From Candidatus Heimdallarchaeota archaeon (GTDB taxonomy: Archaea > Asgardarchaeota > Heimdallarchaeia > Heimdallarchaeales > Heimdallarchaeaceae): a DNA stretch of 32,000 nt. Position numbers and translations under genes: made by a program. The notes below the pieces were generated by a model. That model did not search any database and was not told the DNA's origin. It saw only the letters and a list, made by a program, of their open reading frames with translations. The stretch spans positions 1-32,000 of the forward strand of contig DAOVER010000007.1 of NCBI GenBank assembly GCA_030668875.1, in the 5' to 3' direction. Every line of letters starts with the position of its first letter. Positions within the stretch are counted from its first letter, which is position 1. Shown here in pieces: positions 16,355 to 24,509 of this stretch.

Positions 16355-17191
16355 ATGAATACAGCTATTGTAATTGATACTAGTAGAGAGATTCCTGATA
16401 AATGGTACAGTCTCTATAACATTTATCCACTAGGTTATGTTGTCGAAGATAGCTCTGGACAAAAACATATTGAAAGAACACAAATTCAATCTGTTAGAAC
16501 TCCTGAATTAGTTGAATTGGTGTGCAAGGATAGAAAATCTAAGCTCTTAGCTCCTAGCATTAAAGATTTTGTCGAGCTTTATACCTACCTTGCTGAAAAT
16601 TACGATTCTATTGTTAGTTTACATTCTTCGAATATTACTCCAGCTGTTTTCGAAAATGCTTTGGTTGCAAAGAAACTTGTTTCTGAAATTGAAATTGATA
16701 TCATTGATTCTCACACATTTGGTGCTTCTTCAGGTATTTTTGTTGAAGAACTAGCTAAATTTATCATGGAAGCTAAGAATATTAACGAAATTCGTAAGGA
16801 AGCGATCAGCCTAAACAAGCATATAAGTTCAATAATCCTTTCAAAGAACGATCAATTAGACACTATTGGTCTTCGAAAAGGTAGTTGGCACACTGCTTTT
16901 ACATCATCCTTCCGTCCATATGTTATGTATCAAGAACTATATGGTAAATGGGAAACAATCAAACGGGGAAGAAATATCAAATCTTTTGTAAACCAGATAA
17001 TCAAACAAGTAGAGATTGTAAATCGAGCTAAGGAAATTAAAATTGTATATATCACTTACCATGGAACATTATCTAAAAGTGTAAGAAAAATAAAGAGCAT
17101 TGTTTCAAATACAAACATTGTCGAAACGAATCCATCTCTTATTACACATTATCTTCTAGGTGAGAATTATGTTGATGTTGCATTTCTCTGA
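16355..17191 (+). CDS. Divergent DegV/FakB-like protein
   Basis: TAIVIDTS.EIP, SIVSLHSS, IDIIDS.T.G.S.G follow the DegV pattern, and the length (278 aa) is typical. The canonical SG(T/S)Y and H.GPG motifs are altered. Confidence 0.65.
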   Translation: MNTAIVIDTSREIPDKWYSLYNIYPLGYVVEDSSGQKHIERTQIQSVRTPELVELVCKDRKSKLLAPSIKDFVELYTYLAENYDSIVSLHSSNITPAVFENALVAKKLVSEIEIDIIDSHTFGASSGIFVEELAKFIMEAKNINEIRKEAISLNKHISSIILSKNDQLDTIGLRKGSWHTAFTSSFRPYVMYQELYGKWETIKRGRNIKSFVNQIIKQVEIVNRAKEIKIVYITYHGTLSKSVRKIKSIVSNTNIVETNPSLITHYLLGENYVDVAFL

Positions 17192-17194
17192 AAT

Positions 17195-17989
17195 CTACAA
17201 TCGATAAAAATCTTTTACATTTTTAGTTGTTATATAAGCCAAATCTTTCTCTTCAACTTCAAGCATCCTTGCTGCCTTACGACATAGAATTGGTATACTA
17301 GATGGATCATTCTTTTCTCCTTTCTCTAATGAATGAAATGGACTATCTGTTTCAAACATTAAACTATCCAATGCTACAGACTTCAATATTTTTTGAAAGC
17401 TTTTTCTATAAACAGCACTAGTAGGTACAGTAACATACCAAGATAATCTTGATATTTCCTTTGCTTGTTCTTCAGATCCTCCAAAACAATGCATCAAAAC
17501 TTCTTCAGCTCCCATTTCTTTCAAAATAGTAATAGCTTTTTCTTCTGCTGCGCGTGAATGTATAACTATTGGTTTGTCTAATTCCATTGCGAAGCTTATT
17601 AATTCTCTGAAAAGTACTTCTTGTTCCTTTCGCTTATCCTCTTCCTTAACCCAATGAAAATCAAGACCTATCTCCCCTATCGCAACTGTATTATCGACAT
17701 TTTCTAGATGGAACTTCTTAAGTTCTTCAACACTTTCTTTAGTTATTTTTGATGTATCTAACCCAACAGAGAGAAAAACACCTGGTAACTCCTTTGTCTT
17801 GAGACCAAAATCATAGTATTTTGATTCAATTGCACAGTTAATAATGTATTTTACACCACTTGCAACTGCTTTTCCAGCAAGCTTGACTACTTCGTCATAT
17901 TCGAACCATTCTGGAACTAAATGGCAATGTCCATCAGCGTAAATTATCTCGGAGGTTCTTTCGATGTTTATAGTAGCATCTGATTGCAT
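17195..17989 (-). CDS. tatD: TatD family nuclease
   Basis: DGHCH; AIGEIGLDF; IVIHSR; LMHCF; MFETDSP. Confidence 0.95.
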   Translation of the reverse strand: MQSDATINIERTSEIIYADGHCHLVPEWFEYDEVVKLAGKAVASGVKYIINCAIESKYYDFGLKTKELPGVFLSVGLDTSKITKESVEELKKFHLENVDNTVAIGEIGLDFHWVKEEDKRKEQEVLFRELISFAMELDKPIVIHSRAAEEKAITILKEMGAEEVLMHCFGGSEEQAKEISRLSWYVTVPTSAVYRKSFQKILKSVALDSLMFETDSPFHSLEKGEKNDPSSIPILCRKAARMLEVEEKDLAYITTKNVKDFYRL

Positions 17990-18028
17990 TAAATTCCCAA
18001 AATATTAGTGTTTTTTTCCTTTATAAAA

Positions 18029-19003
18029 TTATAGCAAATTTTTTGCAAAAAACTTTAACATCTTGATTCCACGAATCTCTCGATCAAAAGCGTCAACAGA
18101 AGTTAAATTATCCTTTCCAAAAACTGATTCAATATATTTTATGTTTTTCAAATGCTCTTTACGTCTATGAGAACAGTATTGACAATTAGAATTATCAGGG
18201 TTGATCATATTTACAACGACGAAATCGTGTGCAATTGAATGAGAATCTAGTTCCTCAACAAGTCTTTCGGTTTCAAAGATACTCATCATTGTTGGAATCA
18301 TTACTTTAACGAACTGTGTTCTATCCTGATCCATCAGCTGATCTCTTGCTATGAGTACTTTTTCTTTCATAATCTCTAAATTTTCTATAGTATTGTCTTT
18401 TTCTCCTTTTGAACCAAAAAGAGATTTCATCATGGTCATTGCATTAGAAAGAAAAGAACGCATTTTCAACATTCTCCCAAGGAATGAATCAAGGAATTCT
18501 GGAATGTTAAGAAGTCTGAGAGTATGACCTGTAGGTGCTGTGTCGAGAACAATTGTATCATATGAATCATCATCTGCGTACTCAAGAATTTTAGCAAAAG
18601 ATAAAGCTTCATCCATCCCTGGTTGTGGCATAGATTGCATATCTTGTCCCATCCCCTGTAATTCGGATAGTCCAGGAATGTTTGTTAAATTTGCGAAATC
18701 GCTAGAATCCATTGGTTTACCTATAACTTTTGAGATTTCATCTCCGGCGGTTTCAGGATTAATTTCCAATGCATATAGTTCTCCCTTTACTCCTTTAACT
18801 TTTTCAATTTCTCCGCTTGAGAAATCTAAATCGAATGAATCGGAGACACTGTGAGCTGGATCTGTAGAGATGATTAGAACTCTTTTACCATTTTTTGCAA
18901 GAGAAATAGCTAAGGCAGAAGCAACGCTTGTCTTTCCTACACCGCCTTTACCACCAACGAGTATGAATTTTAAATCCATCTCTAAAAGATTTGTAAGTGT
19001 CAT
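18029..19003 (-). CDS. Get3/TRC40-like (ArsA family) single-domain ATPase
   Basis: Deviant Walker A GGKGGVGKT; STDPAHS; switch II DTAPTGH; Met-rich helical insert; ETERL; CQYC motif. Confidence 0.9.
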   Translation of the reverse strand: MTLTNLLEMDLKFILVGGKGGVGKTSVASALAISLAKNGKRVLIISTDPAHSVSDSFDLDFSSGEIEKVKGVKGELYALEINPETAGDEISKVIGKPMDSSDFANLTNIPGLSELQGMGQDMQSMPQPGMDEALSFAKILEYADDDSYDTIVLDTAPTGHTLRLLNIPEFLDSFLGRMLKMRSFLSNAMTMMKSLFGSKGEKDNTIENLEIMKEKVLIARDQLMDQDRTQFVKVMIPTMMSIFETERLVEELDSHSIAHDFVVVNMINPDNSNCQYCSHRRKEHLKNIKYIESVFGKDNLTSVDAFDREIRGIKMLKFFAKNLL

Positions 19004-19025
19004 GGATTTTTCTAAATAATGGCTA

Positions 19026-19033
19026 TATATAAA
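19026..19033 (-). promoter_or_regulatory. Candidate TATA box for a near-leaderless get3-like transcript
   Basis: tttatata on the minus strand, ending 22 nt before the ATG at 19003, preceded by a T-rich tract after the upstream gene. Confidence 0.5.
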
Positions 19034-19071
19034 GGATAAGTTTTAGAAAAAATAGTTAGGGAAGAAATTGA

Positions 19072-19836
19072 TTATCTTCTTTTCCCAATTTTTCTTCTCT
19101 CTTCTCTCTTACTTTTACGTTTTGGGGTAGTTGGAGATCTACGTCTTTTGGATTTGCTTTTATGTACTTTTTGAATAGCATATCTATCAACTAGAATTAT
19201 AGCTCCTAGGACTCCTACTACACCTAAGCAGAAATATAAGCTGTTTAACCATAAATCAGTTTCAAGTACATATTCCTCTGCAACAGCTTCAACTTGGAGA
19301 ATAAATCTCTGAGAACTAGAGAAATATTCGATTCCTGTTCCATTAATGTAAGTTACAGTAGTAGCCTCTAATGTATAATTGCCTTCTAGCTTAGGTTGGA
19401 AGTAATAGAAATAGAATATTGTTGCATTAACATCAACTTGAATATATCTTTGAGTCGTTAAGTTAAGATTTCCTACTGCCCATTCCTCAAAACTAGGATC
19501 AACAGTGGTTAGATTGTAAGCTGATGCGTTACCCACATTAGTAATAGTTACGTTAACTCTTATCCATTCATTTGGTCTAATTAGATGCGAACATACCTCT
19601 ACATTATCATCCTGGATTGGAGTTGCATTGATTGACTTCTCTATAGTCAAAATTGGACGATTTCTTAGAGTGTCATTAACTTGGATTAAATTTGAATTAA
19701 CTGTTGTTTGTTGAAAATCTTCCGCCCTTATTAAGTCCCCAGTAATGGGAGATGTACTTAGTGCTCTTGATACAGGAAGTCCTATGAATAGTAGCGAGAT
19801 GAACAAGACTAAACTAATAGTGATTTTCCTTTGCAT
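19072..19836 (-). CDS. TRAP-beta (SSR2)-like type I membrane glycoprotein (Ig-like luminal domain)
   Basis: Signal peptide; L...KS...V.I.NVG.A.A..L...DPSF...P...G.Y......VTY pattern; nine N-x-S/T sequons; one TM; K/R-rich cytoplasmic tail. Confidence 0.65.
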   Translation of the reverse strand: MQRKITISLVLFISLLFIGLPVSRALSTSPITGDLIRAEDFQQTTVNSNLIQVNDTLRNRPILTIEKSINATPIQDDNVEVCSHLIRPNEWIRVNVTITNVGNASAYNLTTVDPSFEEWAVGNLNLTTQRYIQVDVNATIFYFYYFQPKLEGNYTLEATTVTYINGTGIEYFSSSQRFILQVEAVAEEYVLETDLWLNSLYFCLGVVGVLGAIILVDRYAIQKVHKSKSKRRRSPTTPKRKSKREERRKIGKRR

Positions 19837-20025
19837 TAGATTCGTTCCGTTTAACTTCTAAACATGCTTCATACAGCCAACTTAAATATTTTGCTCTTTG
19901 GTATTTTTCTTGCTTAAAGCAGAATTAGCTCTTTTCATCCTTTCATATCTCTATTGTTTTTTCTAATTATTATATGTGTATATAATCACCAAATCTTTAA
20001 AACAAACCTCACTCTGTTGCACTTT

Positions 20026-20913
20026 ATGACGGTTAAAATTATTTGTGACACAAGTGCAGACTTGAATATACCTAATGATGCTACTCTTTACGAAAAATAT
20101 GATATCGAATGGGTTCCAATGAATATAATGTTCGGAACAACAGAATACAAAGAACTCGTTGATCTAAAACCTTCTGGCTTTTACAAACTCGTCCATGAGT
20201 CTACAGACCATCCTACTACTTCTCAATCTACTCAACATGATTTGCTAGCAGCTTATGAAAAATTTGGTTCCAAATATGATGAAATAATCTCTATTCATAT
20301 ATCAAGTGAACTAAGTGGTGCATATGCTAATGCTCGAATGGCTAATAAGATGTATAAGAATAGGAATCCAGATGGTGCAGAAGTTCATATTTTCGATTCT
20401 AAAAAAGCAAGTGTTCCTTTTGGGTTAGTTGTTATCAAGGCAGCTCAACTTGCCAAGCAAGGTTTAAAAGCTGAGGCTATTATTGAAAAAATTACACATT
20501 TTGTGCAAAACGATGATGTAATGTACTTCACTGTTAAAGACATTAAATGGTTATTTGAGGGTGGAAGGTTAAGTCGTGCAAAATATGTTCTTGGAAAGAT
20601 GCTGAATGTAAATCCAATTCTTACTTTAATTGAAGGAAAAATAGAATCGGCAGCTAAAGGATCAGGACTCACCAAAACACTTGATTTAATGTTAGATATG
20701 GCTTTAGAAAAACTAGACAGAGATGTTGATAATATTACCTTACACTTCGTTGAAGCTGAAACACGTGTCGAAGTTGAAGACTTTATATCACGTATCAAAG
20801 AGAACTATCCTTCAATAAAGATCGGAGAGATTTTCACTCTAGGTGGAACTATTTGTGCCCATACTGGACCTGGAACAATTGTTTTATTAGCTACAAGAAA
20901 TTTTGAATATTAA
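20026..20913 (+). CDS. DegV/FakB family fatty-acid-binding protein
   Basis: VKIICDTSADL; HPTTSQ; ISSELSGAY; FDSK.AS; L..GGRLS; AHTGPG. ATG 20026 is preferred over 19954. Confidence 0.92.
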   Translation: MTVKIICDTSADLNIPNDATLYEKYDIEWVPMNIMFGTTEYKELVDLKPSGFYKLVHESTDHPTTSQSTQHDLLAAYEKFGSKYDEIISIHISSELSGAYANARMANKMYKNRNPDGAEVHIFDSKKASVPFGLVVIKAAQLAKQGLKAEAIIEKITHFVQNDDVMYFTVKDIKWLFEGGRLSRAKYVLGKMLNVNPILTLIEGKIESAAKGSGLTKTLDLMLDMALEKLDRDVDNITLHFVEAETRVEVEDFISRIKENYPSIKIGEIFTLGGTICAHTGPGTIVLLATRNFEY

Positions 20914-20969
20914 AATTATTGAGTAAGGTTTAAAACTTTCTCCTTTTTTCTTAACTGTAGGTTGTTAAG

Positions 20970-21848
20970 TTGACTGTAAAAATAATGACTGATAGTGCTG
21001 CTGATATTCCACAAAAATATATCGAGAAATATGATATAAGAACTGTTCCAACTTTAATTCGTTTTGGAGATGAGATTTTTTACGAAAATGTAGACATAAA
21101 CCTTGAACAATTTTATGAAAAATTCTTTAATTCAGAAACCTATCCTCAAACTGCAAATCCAACATTACATCATCAATTTTCCTTATATGAGGAATTGGGG
21201 AAACAGTCGGAGGAAGTTTTGAATATTGTGATATCTTCTGGTATTTCAGGATCTTATAACACTGCTCAGATTGCTAACAGGAATTATAAACGCAGAGTTG
21301 AAAATCCGTCTGATGTCCATATCTATGATTCGAAGTTTGCCACATTTGGAATAGGAATCCTAGCTATTAAAGCTGCGGAAATGGCTAAAGAAGGATATAG
21401 TGTTGAAGAGATAATACCCGTGCTAGACGACTTTAGATCCTCATTACAGATAGGTTTTACTGTTGAGAATCTCAAATATCTTCATCGAGGTGGAAGACTA
21501 AGTTTATCCAAATATTGGGTAGCTAAAATTGCAGATATGAAACCTGTAATTAATTTCATTGATGGAAAAATGGAAGTAATCAAGACAGTGAGAGGACATG
21601 CAAATGCTGTTATTGAATCATTTAATTCAGTTTATGACAAAATGGGAAAACCTCGTACTTTCAATGCATATGTACTGCATGCAAGAAATGAAGAATCAGC
21701 TCAATTAGTTAAAGAGCATATTAAAAATCAAATTCAACCAGAGAATTGGAACATCTCTATAAGAGAGGTTGGAATGACTATCGCAACACATGCTGGACCT
21801 GGGTGCATAGGAATATGTATAGATGCAAAATACAAATTTTTAGGATAA
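20970..21848 (+). CDS. DegV/FakB family fatty-acid-binding protein
   Basis: VKIMTDSAADIP; PQTANP; ISSGISGSY; YDSK; LHRGGRLS; THAGPG. TTG start. Confidence 0.92.
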   Translation: MTVKIMTDSAADIPQKYIEKYDIRTVPTLIRFGDEIFYENVDINLEQFYEKFFNSETYPQTANPTLHHQFSLYEELGKQSEEVLNIVISSGISGSYNTAQIANRNYKRRVENPSDVHIYDSKFATFGIGILAIKAAEMAKEGYSVEEIIPVLDDFRSSLQIGFTVENLKYLHRGGRLSLSKYWVAKIADMKPVINFIDGKMEVIKTVRGHANAVIESFNSVYDKMGKPRTFNAYVLHARNEESAQLVKEHIKNQIQPENWNISIREVGMTIATHAGPGCIGICIDAKYKFLG

Positions 21849-21866
21849 ATAGAGGATAGAATAAAG

Positions 21867-22583
21867 ATGAAATACAAATACCTGCTTTTTGACCTAGATG
21901 GGACTTTACTCCACTTTGACCCAGAAGACTTCATTAGAACATATCTTGGTGCTGCTTCAAAATATTTTATAGACTTGATTCCTGATCCACAGAAATTTGT
22001 AAAAGAAATACTTCGTTCAACAGATGTAATGGAAAAAGGAGACGATAAGAACACGAATACTTTAGAGAAATTTCTGAATGATTTTTGTCCAAAATTTGAA
22101 GCTAGTTGCGAAGCTATTAGACAAAGATTTCATAATTTTTATAAAACAGAATTTGAAGTTATTAAGCCTTTGATCACTAAAATGAAGGGTGCGGTGGATT
22201 TACTAGAAATGGTTAAGAAAGATTATCCAGAGATTAAGGTTATATTGGCAACCAATCCTGTTTTTCCCTTCGTTTCAATAGAAAGGAGAATGGAATGGGG
22301 TGAAATATCACAAGATTACTTCGATTTTATCACACATGCTGAAAACAGTACATACTGCAAGGGAAACGGTAAATATTGGACCGAAATACTTGAAAAAGTT
22401 GGCGGAACTCCAGAGGAATCTCTCGTTATAGGGAATGATGGTTATAGAGATATGGGTGCTAAAACTTATGGTTTTAGTACATTTTTGATTGAGGAAAATC
22501 TTGAAAACGGAGAAAATATGACCAGTGATATACAACCAGATTATCGAGGTACTTTAGAGGATTTATATCATCTGCTTAAATGA
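21867..22583 (+). CDS. HAD superfamily hydrolase
   Basis: Motif I FDLDGTL; LATNP; K; VIGND...DM.A. Confidence 0.9.
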   Translation: MKYKYLLFDLDGTLLHFDPEDFIRTYLGAASKYFIDLIPDPQKFVKEILRSTDVMEKGDDKNTNTLEKFLNDFCPKFEASCEAIRQRFHNFYKTEFEVIKPLITKMKGAVDLLEMVKKDYPEIKVILATNPVFPFVSIERRMEWGEISQDYFDFITHAENSTYCKGNGKYWTEILEKVGGTPEESLVIGNDGYRDMGAKTYGFSTFLIEENLENGENMTSDIQPDYRGTLEDLYHLLK

Positions 22584-22643
22584 GAACGTTAAACGAAAAT
22601 GGTAAGACATTTAAAAGCTTCAGCAGTTTTATTTTGAAGATAA

Positions 22644-24371
22644 ATGGCACTAATTAATCCTGAAACATCTATCATTTTTATTTACTTATCATTCTTCTAC
22701 AATTCTTTATTAGCTATTAAACTAATATACGATACATTTGCAGGAAAGGTTGAAAAAAACAAAGTCGCGTGGAATCTTATATCCGCTTGCTTAATTTTCG
22801 CGGGAACTATACTAATGTTTATCTGGTTCCCACGGGCGTTTACTCCTGTTATTGGGTGGGATGCTTTCATAGGAATTATTTTGCTTTTCGTGAATAATCT
22901 TGCTGTAACGATTTTAGCATTTATGAACCGAATCGAAGCTAGTAAAATTGCTAAAGCTGGAAATGTTCTATTCACTTTGTTAGCTCTTGTAACAATGATG
23001 CAGTATTTGCATAAAATATCTGCGCTAACCTCATTTATCCTACCTCGAGAACTAGGGTGGTTAACTCTTATCCCAAGCATTGGTTATGCTCAATTTCAAG
23101 CCTTTTTATATGGATCAATTGGCTATTTCTATCCAACATTGATTTTTATTCCTATTGCAGTTCCTATCAAGTTTAGAAAGAAGGTAGCGATAAAGAAGAA
23201 AGATGTAGTAGCAGAAAATTCTTCCAAAGCAAGACTAAATAACGGAAAATCAAAATCTACATCTACTCAGAAGAAACCAAAACGAGATGTTTTTCTAGAT
23301 AAAGTTGAAAGGGAAAAACCTGTAGAGATTGAAAGACCTCCACTTTTTGCAAGTTTAAGGCGGTTTATGGATAATGCTACAAAAGTGATTTTTGCTGGTT
23401 TAGCTATATTGATTCTTGTTTTCGCAGGATTGGGAATCGGTACAATGACATCCTATAACCCATACACTTCAGCTGATTATCTCCCTGTTTTTCCAGATAG
23501 AGATGATTTTGAATTCGGAGTTTCTTTAAAATCAGTTTCTTATCAAACCGTTAATTTATCTGATTACGAATCATTATTTTTAGAAGAATTAGATTTAATC
23601 GAGGATCTAGGAGTAACTATAGCTAGACTGGATGTACGAATGGAGTTGCTAAACGATTTTGAAGCAGAGCTTAACCAAACCATTGCTTCTCTTAGAGCAA
23701 ATGGATTCAAAATAATGCTGTCTACATATGGTTATGCTCCTCCTACATGGTTGTTTCAAAGTGTGAGTTTCTTAGATTATACTCAAGTGATTCATAATCA
23801 ATCTGTTAAACTTGTACAATACTATGAACCTGACTATCTGCTGATTTATCCTGAACCATTCGGTTTTTCATCAGCTTTTATCGAAGATTTACAGGATACA
23901 GACACATGGGTCAGTGTAATAGATGATACTTCCAACTTTATTCACTCAATATCAAATGTAACTGAAGTAGGAATAAATCTTTCATTCAATGATTTTGATC
24001 CCTCAATAAACTTGTTCCAAAACTTGTGGGAAAATTCCACACTTGATTTCGTAGGCTTAGATTATTACATTATACACGCTAGAGAATTAGATCTCAGTTA
24101 TTATCTTGATATGGTAACAAGTAACACTAAGGATTTCTGGTTTACAGAGTTTGGTTTATCAGCTGTGATTTATGGAGAACGAACTCAAGCAGGGGCTTTA
24201 GCTGGAATGTTAGAAAATTGTCTTAATAGCGAAAAAATCAAAGGTTTTGTCTATTACTCTTTACTTGATGATTTTTATGGAGCTAACACTTTAGGTCTTG
24301 TAACTGAAACAGGATATAGAAGAATGGCTTTTACAAAATACAAAGAGATTATTGCAGAAGTGTTGGGTTGA
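22644..24371 (+). CDS. Polytopic membrane protein fused to a clan GH-A-like glycoside hydrolase TIM barrel
   Basis: About 5-6 N-terminal TM helices, a Lys-rich linker and a further TM, then DLGVTIARLD, LLIYPEP (acid/base Glu position), DFVGLDYY, FWFTEFG (nucleophile Glu position), IKGFVYYSLLD. Confidence 0.65.
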   Translation: MALINPETSIIFIYLSFFYNSLLAIKLIYDTFAGKVEKNKVAWNLISACLIFAGTILMFIWFPRAFTPVIGWDAFIGIILLFVNNLAVTILAFMNRIEASKIAKAGNVLFTLLALVTMMQYLHKISALTSFILPRELGWLTLIPSIGYAQFQAFLYGSIGYFYPTLIFIPIAVPIKFRKKVAIKKKDVVAENSSKARLNNGKSKSTSTQKKPKRDVFLDKVEREKPVEIERPPLFASLRRFMDNATKVIFAGLAILILVFAGLGIGTMTSYNPYTSADYLPVFPDRDDFEFGVSLKSVSYQTVNLSDYESLFLEELDLIEDLGVTIARLDVRMELLNDFEAELNQTIASLRANGFKIMLSTYGYAPPTWLFQSVSFLDYTQVIHNQSVKLVQYYEPDYLLIYPEPFGFSSAFIEDLQDTDTWVSVIDDTSNFIHSISNVTEVGINLSFNDFDPSINLFQNLWENSTLDFVGLDYYIIHARELDLSYYLDMVTSNTKDFWFTEFGLSAVIYGERTQAGALAGMLENCLNSEKIKGFVYYSLLDDFYGANTLGLVTETGYRRMAFTKYKEIIAEVLG

Positions 24372-24448
24372 AATAGATAATGAAGAATTAGTCTCAGACC
24401 GCCCATCACATCTCCTTTTCTTTCGAATCATAGACCGTTGTATCATCA

Positions 24449-24467
24449 TGAACGAATTCTTCGTTCA
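24449..24467. repeat. Perfect 8-bp inverted repeat between convergent genes
   Basis: tgaacgaa-ttc-ttcgttca. Confidence 0.5.
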
Positions 24468-24509
24468 ACATAAAATCGGAAAATGTTTAAGGTTTTCTAT
24501 CTCGTTTTT

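Noticed and set aside
18029-19003. Arsenite-efflux ArsA assignment
   Set aside because: Single domain with Get3-type insert and CxxC, and no ars operon genes in the window.
24406-24471. 21-aa acidic minus-strand ORF MLNEEFVHDDTTVYDSKEKEM
   Set aside because: Too short, not in frame with the upstream TPR gene, and no family resemblance that I can support.
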